Source: Phycisphaerae bacterium
GTDB lineage: Bacteria; Planctomycetota; Phycisphaerae; Tepidisphaerales; Tepidisphaeraceae
Assembly: GCA_014379105.1 (NCBI GenBank)
Contig: JACMML010000038.1
Coordinates: forward strand, 1 to 59,641
Direction: 5' to 3'
DNA length: 59,641 bases
Shown here: positions 18,209-25,339 of the stretch, piece by piece
Numbering within the stretch: the first letter of the stretch is position 1
How the letters are laid out: each line of letters begins with the position of its first letter
The notes under the pieces: model-generated
Seen by the model: only the letters and a program-made list of their open reading frames with translations
Told to the model about the DNA's origin: nothing
Databases searched by the model: none
Made by a program: the position numbers and the translations under genes

Positions 18209-18340
18209 CGCAAAGACCGCGGAGACGCAGAGAGCGCGGAGCACAAATTCATTTTGTCCACGAATCTTCACGAATGGACACAAATATAAATAAATTGAAT
18301 TTGTTTTCTTTGCGTTTTCTGCGTCTCTGCGCTCTCTGCG
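18209..18340. repeat. Word-built imperfect palindromic intergenic element
   Basis: The left arm (GCGGAGACGCAGAGAGCGCGGAG...CACAAATTCA) pairs imperfectly with the right arm (TGAATTTGTT...GCGTCTCTGCGCTCTCTGCGG). The AT-rich core contains a nested TTGTCCA...TGGACAA hairpin. Confidence 0.7.
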
Positions 18341-18364
18341 GTAAACGAGTCAAGCGAGTGCATC

Positions 18365-19396
18365 ATGTCATCAATTATCCCAATAAACTTGCCAGTACCG
18401 ATCCCCGCGCCGTGCGAGCCGATCAGTATTCGTGCCGCAATGATGGGCGATTTGTCATTCATCGACGCGCTACAGAAAAAACACACGAAGATGGTTGGTT
18501 GGATGCCGACAAAGACGCTGGAAGGCAAGATCGAGTTGGGGCACGTGATCGTCGCCGAAGCGAACGGCGAACATGCCGGATATTGCATCGGGAACGACCG
18601 ATATTTTAAGCACGATGATGTTGGGATTATCTATCAGATGAATGTTGTGCCCGATCGCCAACGGGGATTTATCGGTGCGACGTTGTTGAAGGCGATGTTT
18701 GATCGGGCCGCGTATGGGTGTCGGCTGTTCTGTTGCTGGTGCGCGCAGGATATTGAAGCGAACAAGTTCTGGGAATCGATGGGGTTTGTAGCGCTCGCCT
18801 ACCGCGCAGGATCGGAGACGCGCGGGAAGAACGGCGGCGCTCGCGTGCATATTTTCTGGCAGAAGAAGATTCGCGCGAAGGATGATGCGGTGAACTGGTG
18901 GTTCCCGTCGAAGACGGATCAGGGGGCATTGCGCGCGGACCGGATCGTGTTGCCGATCCCGCCGGGGGTGCATTGGAGCGCGGTGAAGCCGGTCGCGCTG
19001 CCGGATACAGTGGAAAGTGAAGAGCGGTTCGGGATGGGTGAGAATCTTGTGGCTCGTCACTCGCCGGTATCAACTCAGAAGCTTCGTCACGCAAAAGAAG
19101 CGCCGACACTCCGGCAACCAACGCGGCAGCGCGCGCTGTTGGGTCCCCCACCAGCGAATCCTCGACCTACACCAGAAATCACCCCGGCTGTGATGAAAGA
19201 GAAACCTCCTAAACCGATAAAGCATAAGGTTAAGCTCGATCCGAAGTACGTCGCTGCGGCGCGCGAGCTTCGCGACCGATACTTGGAACAGGTGAATGAC
19301 GGCAAATTTCAATTGTCGAGTGCGGGGAAATACCATCTTGTCCGGCGACTCGCCGATGCGCCGACGGCACCGGCCCCGCTGCAATTGGCGGCGTGA
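18365..19396 (+). CDS. GNAT family N-acetyltransferase with long Pro/Lys-rich C-terminal extension
   Basis: The N-terminal ~170 aa are GNAT-like (IYQMNVVPDRQRGFIGATLLKAMF...ANKFWESMGF). The C-terminal ~170 aa are low-complexity and basic, ending in a helical block DPKYVAAARELRDRYLEQV. Confidence 0.8.
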   Translation: MSSIIPINLPVPIPAPCEPISIRAAMMGDLSFIDALQKKHTKMVGWMPTKTLEGKIELGHVIVAEANGEHAGYCIGNDRYFKHDDVGIIYQMNVVPDRQRGFIGATLLKAMFDRAAYGCRLFCCWCAQDIEANKFWESMGFVALAYRAGSETRGKNGGARVHIFWQKKIRAKDDAVNWWFPSKTDQGALRADRIVLPIPPGVHWSAVKPVALPDTVESEERFGMGENLVARHSPVSTQKLRHAKEAPTLRQPTRQRALLGPPPANPRPTPEITPAVMKEKPPKPIKHKVKLDPKYVAAARELRDRYLEQVNDGKFQLSSAGKYHLVRRLADAPTAPAPLQLAA

Positions 19397-19399
19397 GGG

Positions 19400-20197
19400 T
19401 TACCGCGTCGCCTGCCCGTCGCCCCAGCCCGGGCCGGCGATGTGGCCTTCTTCGATCTTCAGGTCTTCACGGCGGCTGATCTTGGCGACCGTGCCGTCGC
19501 TGATCCAGATGATGCGGTCGCTGACCGCCAGCATCTTGTGATCGTGCGTGGCGCTTATGATCGTGACGCCTTTTTCCTTGTTCAGACCGCGCAGCAGCTC
19601 GATGATGATTTTGCCCGTATTCAGGTCCAGATTGCCCGTCGGCTCGTCGGCCAGGATGATCGTCGGATCGTTGGCGAATGCCCGCGCGATTGCGACGCGC
19701 TGCTGCTGGCCGCCGGAGAGTTCGCTGGGTTTGTTTTTCCAGCGGTGCTGTAGATCGACGCGCTTCAGAATCTCCATCCCCTTGTCCTGAGCGTCGGCGG
19801 TGTTCAAGCCGGCGAAGACCATCGGCAGCGTGACGTTCTCCAGCGCCGTCATTACCGGGATGAGATTAAACGTCTGGAAGATGTACCCGATCTTACGGCA
19901 GCGCATCCACGCCAACTCGTAACTGTCCAGCTGCGCGATATCCACTTCGTCGATATAGACCTTGCCCTCACTTGGCTTATCCAGGCCGCCGATCATGTTG
20001 AAGAACGTGGACTTGCCCGAGCCCGATGGGCCCATGATGGAGATGTATTCGCCGCGCTCGATCGAGACGGTGACGCCTTTGAGCGCCCGCACGATCTCCG
20101 TGCCCATCTTGTACTCGCGCTTCACGTCGATCGTGCGAACGGTGTATTCGGCGAGTTCGGTGGACGGGCCGTTGGTTGCTTCCGCGGCTTGTGTCAT
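19400..20197 (-). CDS. ABC transporter ATP-binding protein (MacB/LolD/FtsE-type)
   Basis: Walker [10 protein letters not shown], signature [14 protein letters not shown], Walker [14 protein letters not shown]-loop ATHD. Start moved to ATG 20197, which is preceded by GGAGAG. The ORF-track start at 20317 would overlap hicA. Confidence 0.93.
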   Translation of the reverse strand: MTQAAEATNGPSTELAEYTVRTIDVKREYKMGTEIVRALKGVTVSIERGEYISIMGPSGSGKSTFFNMIGGLDKPSEGKVYIDEVDIAQLDSYELAWMRCRKIGYIFQTFNLIPVMTALENVTLPMVFAGLNTADAQDKGMEILKRVDLQHRWKNKPSELSGGQQQRVAIARAFANDPTIILADEPTGNLDLNTGKIIIELLRGLNKEKGVTIISATHDHKMLAVSDRIIWISDGTVAKISRREDLKIEEGHIAGPGWGDGQATR

Positions 20198-20211
20198 TTT
20201 TCTCTCCGCGG

Positions 20212-20439
20212 TTACTGATCTCGAATAAATTCCTGCCACGTCATTCCAATGTCTTTCGCAATCTGTTGCAGCATCGGCGGGCGGATATCTTCTCCGTGAT
20301 CCGATACGGTAGTACACCGTCCGTCTAGGTGACGAAATTGCCTGTGTGAACCGCGTTGACGCACTTCGACAAATCCGAGTTTCAACAGAATCCGAGCAAC
20401 TTCACGGGGTTTTAGTACCGGCGCCTTGGGCATTGTCAC
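20212..20439 (-). CDS. hicA: Type II toxin-antitoxin system HicA family toxin (mRNA interferase)
   Basis: 75 aa. LKPREVARILLKLGFVEVRQRGSHRQFRH matches the HicA/YcfA dsRBD-like signature including the GSH motif. The GTG start overlaps the hicB stop (GTGA). An alternative ATG lies at 20433. Confidence 0.88.
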   Translation of the reverse strand: MTMPKAPVLKPREVARILLKLGFVEVRQRGSHRQFRHLDGRCTTVSDHGEDIRPPMLQQIAKDIGMTWQEFIRDQ

Positions 20440-20645
20440 GCAACCTTTACATTCTGCGTGCCCACAAACTCAGCCTGAAGCTGAGGCTCTCCGTCTTCCA
20501 GCAGCATCTGGATTACTTCGGTCAGTCGTTGGTTCAGTTCTTCGGTCGTTCGACCTTGCGCATGAGCGCCCGGAAAACCGGGAACATATGCAACCAACAT
20601 GTCTGAATCGGCTTCGCGTTCGATGATGGCTGTGAAATTTCGCAT
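20436..20645 (-). CDS. hicB: Type II toxin-antitoxin system HicB family antitoxin (short form, no DNA-binding domain)
   Basis: 69 aa. FTAIIEREADSDMLVAYVPGFPGAHAQGRTTEELNQRLTEVIQMLLE matches the HicB/UPF0150 N-terminal fold. It lies immediately upstream of hicA. Confidence 0.85.
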   Translation of the reverse strand: MRNFTAIIEREADSDMLVAYVPGFPGAHAQGRTTEELNQRLTEVIQMLLEDGEPQLQAEFVGTQNVKVA

Positions 20646-20664
20646 ATTTCAATTATAGCAACAA

Positions 20665-21666
20665 TCAGGCGTCCACCCGCATCGCGGCGATCGGTTCCAT
20701 CCGGGCGGCCTGCAATGCCGGGAGGATCGCGCCGCCGACGCTGAGGACCATGCCTACCAGCAGTGTGATGAGCACATTGGTCCAGACCTGATCCCAGAGC
20801 ACGTGATAAAACGCCGCCCCGCCGAAGCTGAGCGCGGCCATGCCGAAACTGACGCCGAGGCCGACAATTATGCCAAGCAGCGTGCCGACCGTGCCTTGAA
20901 ACAGGCTCTCCAGCAGGAATAGTTTGACGATGAACCCGTCGAGCGCGCCCAGGCACTTCATCGTGCCGATTTCGCGGAAACGTTCGGTCACGCTCATCAG
21001 CATCGCGTTGAGAATGCCGACAAACGCCACCAGCAGCGCCAGCGCCATCACCCAGCGCGTCTGGATGCGGTTGCCTTCGATCTCCTTCGGCTCGATGGGC
21101 ACGCCCTTGCTCAGCATCACGGCCTTGAGGTCTTCGGGCAGATTGATTTCGCGGCGGACGGCTTGGCGTTCGATCGATTTGTCGATCAGCAGCTTCACGG
21201 ATTTAAGCATCTCCGGTTCGGATGTCAGCAGCTTGTTCAGGTCTCCCCCCGCCAACGGGAGCGGGCCGCCTAGCGATTCTTTGACCGCGTCCCAATCGTC
21301 GCCATTGAATGCCTGTTTCGGATCGAACGGCGTCGCGTCCTTCGCGGCCGGGGGCGCGTACTGGGCGGCTTTGCGGATGTCCCCTTCCAGGGATTTTATC
21401 TCCGCATCGAGCGTATCCCGCTTCTTCTTCAGGGTCTTCACCGCTTCATTGTCCGGCCGCTGCATTTCCTGGGTCCATTGACGCATCCCATCGACGAGTG
21501 TCTCGGTGGTCATGATTGAACACAGAAACGCGAGCGCCAGCACGATCGCGCTGGTGACAAGCATGCTGCGGCTGAGCCGCAGACGAATGGATTTCCACGC
21601 GATCTCGATCGCCTTGCTGAGCGGCAATTTGATCTGGCGGGCGACGTTTTGCTTTTGCTTCGACAT
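20665..21666 (-). CDS. ABC transporter permease, FtsX-like (4 TM, helical ectodomain)
   Basis: 333 aa. TM1 (MLVTSAIVLALAFLCSIM), then a ~170-aa charged, coiled-coil-like extracytoplasmic region. C-terminal FtsX module (GILNAMLMSVTERFREIGTMKCLGA... plus two further TMs). Confidence 0.88.
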   Translation of the reverse strand: MSKQKQNVARQIKLPLSKAIEIAWKSIRLRLSRSMLVTSAIVLALAFLCSIMTTETLVDGMRQWTQEMQRPDNEAVKTLKKKRDTLDAEIKSLEGDIRKAAQYAPPAAKDATPFDPKQAFNGDDWDAVKESLGGPLPLAGGDLNKLLTSEPEMLKSVKLLIDKSIERQAVRREINLPEDLKAVMLSKGVPIEPKEIEGNRIQTRWVMALALLVAFVGILNAMLMSVTERFREIGTMKCLGALDGFIVKLFLLESLFQGTVGTLLGIIVGLGVSFGMAALSFGGAAFYHVLWDQVWTNVLITLLVGMVLSVGGAILPALQAARMEPIAAMRVDA

Positions 21667-21676
21667 ACTTTTTATT

Positions 21677-21808
21677 GGCCGCAGGTGAACGCAGATGGAC
21701 GCAGATCATTCAAATAAAAGACATTCGAATCACAATCCAAGGCGCGTTACTGACGTCATTCTTTTCGTTCCATTCTTCATCCGCGAAAATCCGCGTTCAT
21801 CTGCGGCC
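21677..21808. repeat. Inverted-repeat-bounded AT-rich intergenic element
   Basis: GGCCGCAGGTGAACGC (21677-21692) versus GCGTTCATCTGCGGCC (21793-21808): 15/16 complementary. The arms are built from CGCAGAT-type words. It fills the gap between the PqqD-like gene and the FtsX permease gene. Confidence 0.6.
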
Positions 21809-21817
21809 AAAACTCTT

Positions 21818-22192
21818 CTATTTCTTCTCCAACGGGATGCCGACCAGCCCTTTGCGGATCAGCATTTCCAGGAACTTGACCGTCGGCACCTGGGCCTCGC
21901 GGAGATTTAGATCGTACCGCGCCGCGAGGCGCTTGATGATCTGGCGGACGGTGGTTTTTCCGTCGATGCTTTCCCAGACGAAGACGCCGATCGTATCAAA
22001 CTCGTAGGACTTGGTGGCGTTCTCCGGCAGACGGAAGATCAGCCGGCCCCACTTGGGTTGACGCATCTGCACCTTCAGCATGCCGCCGTCGTCGGGCAGC
22101 GGCTGCATAACGGCCTCGACAAGCCGGATCGGCTTGGCCTCGAGCGCCTGCTCGGGGGTGAGGCGAGGTTTTTTCTTTCGGAACAGCATCAC
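21818..22192 (-). CDS. PqqD-like (RiPP-recognition-element-like) small protein
   Basis: 124 aa. YEFDTIGVFVWESIDGKTTVRQIIKRLAARYDLNLREAQVPTVKFLEMLIRKGLV follows the PqqD winged-helix pattern (ligand strand, then 'G.rtv.eI...l...y....e....dv..fl..L...gl'). Confidence 0.75.
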   Translation of the reverse strand: MMLFRKKKPRLTPEQALEAKPIRLVEAVMQPLPDDGGMLKVQMRQPKWGRLIFRLPENATKSYEFDTIGVFVWESIDGKTTVRQIIKRLAARYDLNLREAQVPTVKFLEMLIRKGLVGIPLEKK

Positions 22193-22210
22193 TCAGTACT
22201 AGATCATCCG

Positions 22211-23125
22211 TCACATATTCTTAGCCCAGCCGACGCTGGTCAGTAATTCGGTCATCGCCGTCGGCTCGTTGCCCTGCACGATAACAATGCGATTTCTCGT
22301 TTCATCGTGCAATCCGAGCACCGTCAGCTCCTTTGCCAGAGTCCGCATCCAGAAAAAGCGGCGCTTGCGTCGCAGGATTCCCTGTCGAACCTTCACCGGC
22401 TCGGCGGCCGTTTCGAGCGCCAGGTCGGTGACGCTACGGAGCAGCTTATAGAACTTTCGGACCGTCTTTTCTTGCTGGGCAAGCCAGGAATCAATCGGCT
22501 GCCTAATCAGCGCCAGTGAAGCCGGGCCGATCTGCCGGAGTGTCATCGTCGAACGCTTTTTGCGAAACGACAACGACAAATCCCCGGCATTAAGCCGATA
22601 CCACTGCATCGTCCACCCGGCCGGGGTGCGGCAGGAGATGTCAAAGAGCGACCACGCCTGCGGCACATCACGCAATTGCTCCTGCAATGACGGCAAGACC
22701 TTCGCCGCCAGCACCGTATCCCGTTCTTTCACGTGATGGACGATTTCCATCACCCGGCCGCTGCGTTCACTCCAGCCGAGCCACACGTCGCGGCCGGGCG
22801 GGTCGGCCTCGACGTACAATCGCGAAACGCGCCACGCCGCCGCATCCGGCATCGCGTGATCCTTCGCTTCCGCCGCGGCGAGCGCGCCCACTTCCGACCG
22901 CATGGCGCGCTCGGCCCATTTCGCCGAATCGCCGCGCTTCATCATCCGCCAGCGAATCCCCAGCTTCGCCTGCTGCAGGTCCGCCAGCAGGATCATTCCC
23001 TGATCCCAATCGCCGTCCACTTTCACCGGATTCCACGAATCCGGAATTCGGAGCTGCCAGCCGTGCCAGGCGAGCAGTTGCGATTTGCGATTTGCGATTT
23101 GCGATTCTTCAGTACGTTCGGACAT
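22211..23125 (-). CDS. Hypothetical cytoplasmic protein (no recognisable domain)
   Basis: 304-aa ORF with GC-rich third positions, 18 nt upstream of the PqqD-like gene and 22 nt downstream of the OPT-like gene. No TM segments or known motifs were seen. Confidence 0.75.
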   Translation of the reverse strand: MSERTEESQIANRKSQLLAWHGWQLRIPDSWNPVKVDGDWDQGMILLADLQQAKLGIRWRMMKRGDSAKWAERAMRSEVGALAAAEAKDHAMPDAAAWRVSRLYVEADPPGRDVWLGWSERSGRVMEIVHHVKERDTVLAAKVLPSLQEQLRDVPQAWSLFDISCRTPAGWTMQWYRLNAGDLSLSFRKKRSTMTLRQIGPASLALIRQPIDSWLAQQEKTVRKFYKLLRSVTDLALETAAEPVKVRQGILRRKRRFFWMRTLAKELTVLGLHDETRNRIVIVQGNEPTAMTELLTSVGWAKNM

Positions 23126-23146
23126 CTGTCTCTCAATCGCAAATCG
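23079..23146 (-). promoter_or_regulatory. (TGCGATT)x4 heptamer repeat in codons 7-16, plus a complementary 12-nt copy in the 5' leader; the hairpin encloses the RBS and start codon
   Basis: Four exact TGCGATT units lie at 23079-23106. AATCGCAAATCG at 23135-23146 is their reverse complement. ATG 23125 and GAGAG lie between the arms. Confidence 0.7.
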
Positions 23147-23147
23147 T

Positions 23148-25160
23148 TCAATATGGCGACTGAAACACGCTCTTACTAATAAACACCAGTCCCAGCGCCA
23201 GCATCATCATCAATCCCATGCCGCAACTGAAGCCGGCGAAAAAGACGATGATGTACTGCTTCCACATATCTCCGAATTTTTTCGCGAAATAGAACCGGCC
23301 CAGCAGCGCGCCGATGAACTGCGGAATGATCACATGCGGCGCGGCCTGATCGAGCCCGCGGATCAGCCCGTAAACCAGCAGGATCGGGGCGCCGAAGAAT
23401 CGCAGGATGCCGAATGACGCGACGGCGGTTCCGAAGCCCGCGTAGAGGACCCACGGCTTGAACGCCTCGGCGAACGCGCTGTTCTCCCCGCCGGGCATCG
23501 TGCGGCTCATCAATACGCCTTGCCGGTAGGCTTGCGCTTCCCACATCTTCTCGGTGAACGGAAACGACTGGCTCGGCACCGGTGCGATGCTCCAGATGAA
23601 CTGGCTGAAGACCAGCGTGGAGATGAATGCGATCGGTAGGATGAAGATCTCGGCCTTGAACATGGAGATTATCTTCGTGCCGGTTAACTCCGTCTTGCGG
23701 AAATAGAGCGTCTGCGATCCGTAATTGTGCGCCGGGAACGGCGCGAACCAGATGGCGGCGCCCTGGTAGCCGGTGAGGATGAACGTGGCCTCGCGGACGA
23801 AGGGGATATTCACCGAGTTGCCGACGATGCCTTCCATCCTGGCCGAGACGTAGCTGATGATGGGCGTGTAGACGAATCCGTAGAACACAAACACGCCCAG
23901 CAGCACCCAGGTCACTTCCGAGCCGAGCCCGTCCTTATGAGCCGCGCGCAGAAGGATGTATGCGGTGAGAATGGTGATGGAGGTGACCGTCACGTAAATC
24001 AGCACCGCGATCCAGAGCTTAATATCTCCTCGCCCCGCCGGCGGGTGCAGGAACGCGGCCAAGCCTTGCCGCTCGCCGCCGGACTGATTGCCCTTCATCT
24101 TGCGGGCGGCGCGCAGGCTTTGGAAGACGTGGTAGAAGCCGATCGCCGCGATCGCGAACGTGAGGCCTAGTCCGAAGCTGAAATAGAAATCCAGCGTGTT
24201 GCTGTTGAGCGTGCGGATCGCGCCCATCCCCGGCGACCAGTTGTGCAGCGCCCCCGAGTGATAAAGCACTTGGTTGAGAATGATGCCGATCACCAGCCCC
24301 GCGAAGCTGCCGATCATCGCCCAGAACGGGAGCACCATGCCGAGGATGACCAGCCCGATATCAAACGACAACATCATCGGCACGGCCGGGAGGAGGCGCT
24401 CGGTGTTGTCGGTGAGGTCCTTGAACGGCAGCGGGAATATCTCGATCTTCTCCGGCAGAAACGCCCCGCTGACCGCCGGCAGCGCCAGGTAGATCGTGGC
24501 GAACGCCATGCCCAGCACCGAGCCGAAGCTGAAGACGCGCCATCGCCAGGTCTCCTGCCCGCCGGACGCGTCCGCCAGCGCCGTCACGCCCGCCGCACCG
24601 ACCGGCGCCATCGGGAACGGGAGTTTTTCCACGTCGCTGGTGATGCGGTACATGATGTACCCGAGCCCGAAGTTATCGAACCGGCTGAGCACCATCCCCA
24701 GCGCCATCAGCCCGATCGGCGCAAGCCATTCGCGGTGCAGAAAACTGCGCGAGCCCAATACGTCCACCGATTGCGGCGCGTACCACGACGGTATCTTGTC
24801 GGCGATGCCGAACTTCCGCATTTCCTCCGACTGCACGAGAAACTGCTGCCAAATGAGCCCCTGTCCGATGCCCGAATGCACCAGCGTCGCACCGGCCATG
24901 TAATACAAAAGGTAAATTTCCGGCCGCGAGAGTTGCGTGAAGGAACGGCGTGCGACTTCCATGAAAAGGATGATCGTCACCCACTGCGCCGCCGGCCCGA
25001 TATCCGCCCCGGTCACCAGCTGCATATACATGCTGGCCGGCGTCATGATCAGCCCGACAAAGAGCCCACCAAGGATCGCCTTAAGCCCGAACGCATCCAC
25101 CCACGTATCGGGCGGCTTCATCAGGTCGCGGAATTGTTGGAGTTCTTTGTCTTCAGTCAT
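23148..25160 (-). CDS. Polytopic (~16 TM) membrane protein, OPT-family-like putative peptide transporter
   Basis: 670 aa with about 16 hydrophobic segments by eye. The N-terminal block FGLKAILGGLFVGLIMTPASMYMQLVTGADIG resembles the OPT signature (T.RA...G...G......n.Y.gLk.G). The family assignment is not verified. Confidence 0.8.
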   Translation of the reverse strand: MTEDKELQQFRDLMKPPDTWVDAFGLKAILGGLFVGLIMTPASMYMQLVTGADIGPAAQWVTIILFMEVARRSFTQLSRPEIYLLYYMAGATLVHSGIGQGLIWQQFLVQSEEMRKFGIADKIPSWYAPQSVDVLGSRSFLHREWLAPIGLMALGMVLSRFDNFGLGYIMYRITSDVEKLPFPMAPVGAAGVTALADASGGQETWRWRVFSFGSVLGMAFATIYLALPAVSGAFLPEKIEIFPLPFKDLTDNTERLLPAVPMMLSFDIGLVILGMVLPFWAMIGSFAGLVIGIILNQVLYHSGALHNWSPGMGAIRTLNSNTLDFYFSFGLGLTFAIAAIGFYHVFQSLRAARKMKGNQSGGERQGLAAFLHPPAGRGDIKLWIAVLIYVTVTSITILTAYILLRAAHKDGLGSEVTWVLLGVFVFYGFVYTPIISYVSARMEGIVGNSVNIPFVREATFILTGYQGAAIWFAPFPAHNYGSQTLYFRKTELTGTKIISMFKAEIFILPIAFISTLVFSQFIWSIAPVPSQSFPFTEKMWEAQAYRQGVLMSRTMPGGENSAFAEAFKPWVLYAGFGTAVASFGILRFFGAPILLVYGLIRGLDQAAPHVIIPQFIGALLGRFYFAKKFGDMWKQYIIVFFAGFSCGMGLMMMLALGLVFISKSVFQSPY

Positions 25161-25199
25161 GGATGCAAAATCCGAATCACGAAATCAGAAATCTGAACA

Positions 25200-25316
25200 A
25201 ATGACGAAACTCGAATGACGAATCAATGAGGAAATGTTCAATGACAGAATGACTAAGAAACTCTGCTTTCGTCATTCCGTCATTCGGATTTGATTCGTCA
25301 TTCGAGTTTCGTCATT
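25200..25316. repeat. Perfect 27-bp inverted repeat bounding a 63-nt AT-rich core (word GAATGACGA)
   Basis: AATGACGAAACTCGAATGACGAATCAA (25200-25226) is the exact reverse complement of 25290-25316. It lies between the giant permease stop and the OPT-like gene start. Confidence 0.85.
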
Positions 25317-25339
25317 CGTCATTCAAGATCCTTTCCAGT

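Noticed and set aside
25161-25339. MITE or IS remnant, suggested by the perfect 27-bp terminal inverted repeats.
   Set aside because: No second copy of these arms exists in the window, no target-site duplication is evident, and no transposase is present. The arms are themselves tandem word repeats like the other hairpin elements, so it is filed under that structural family.
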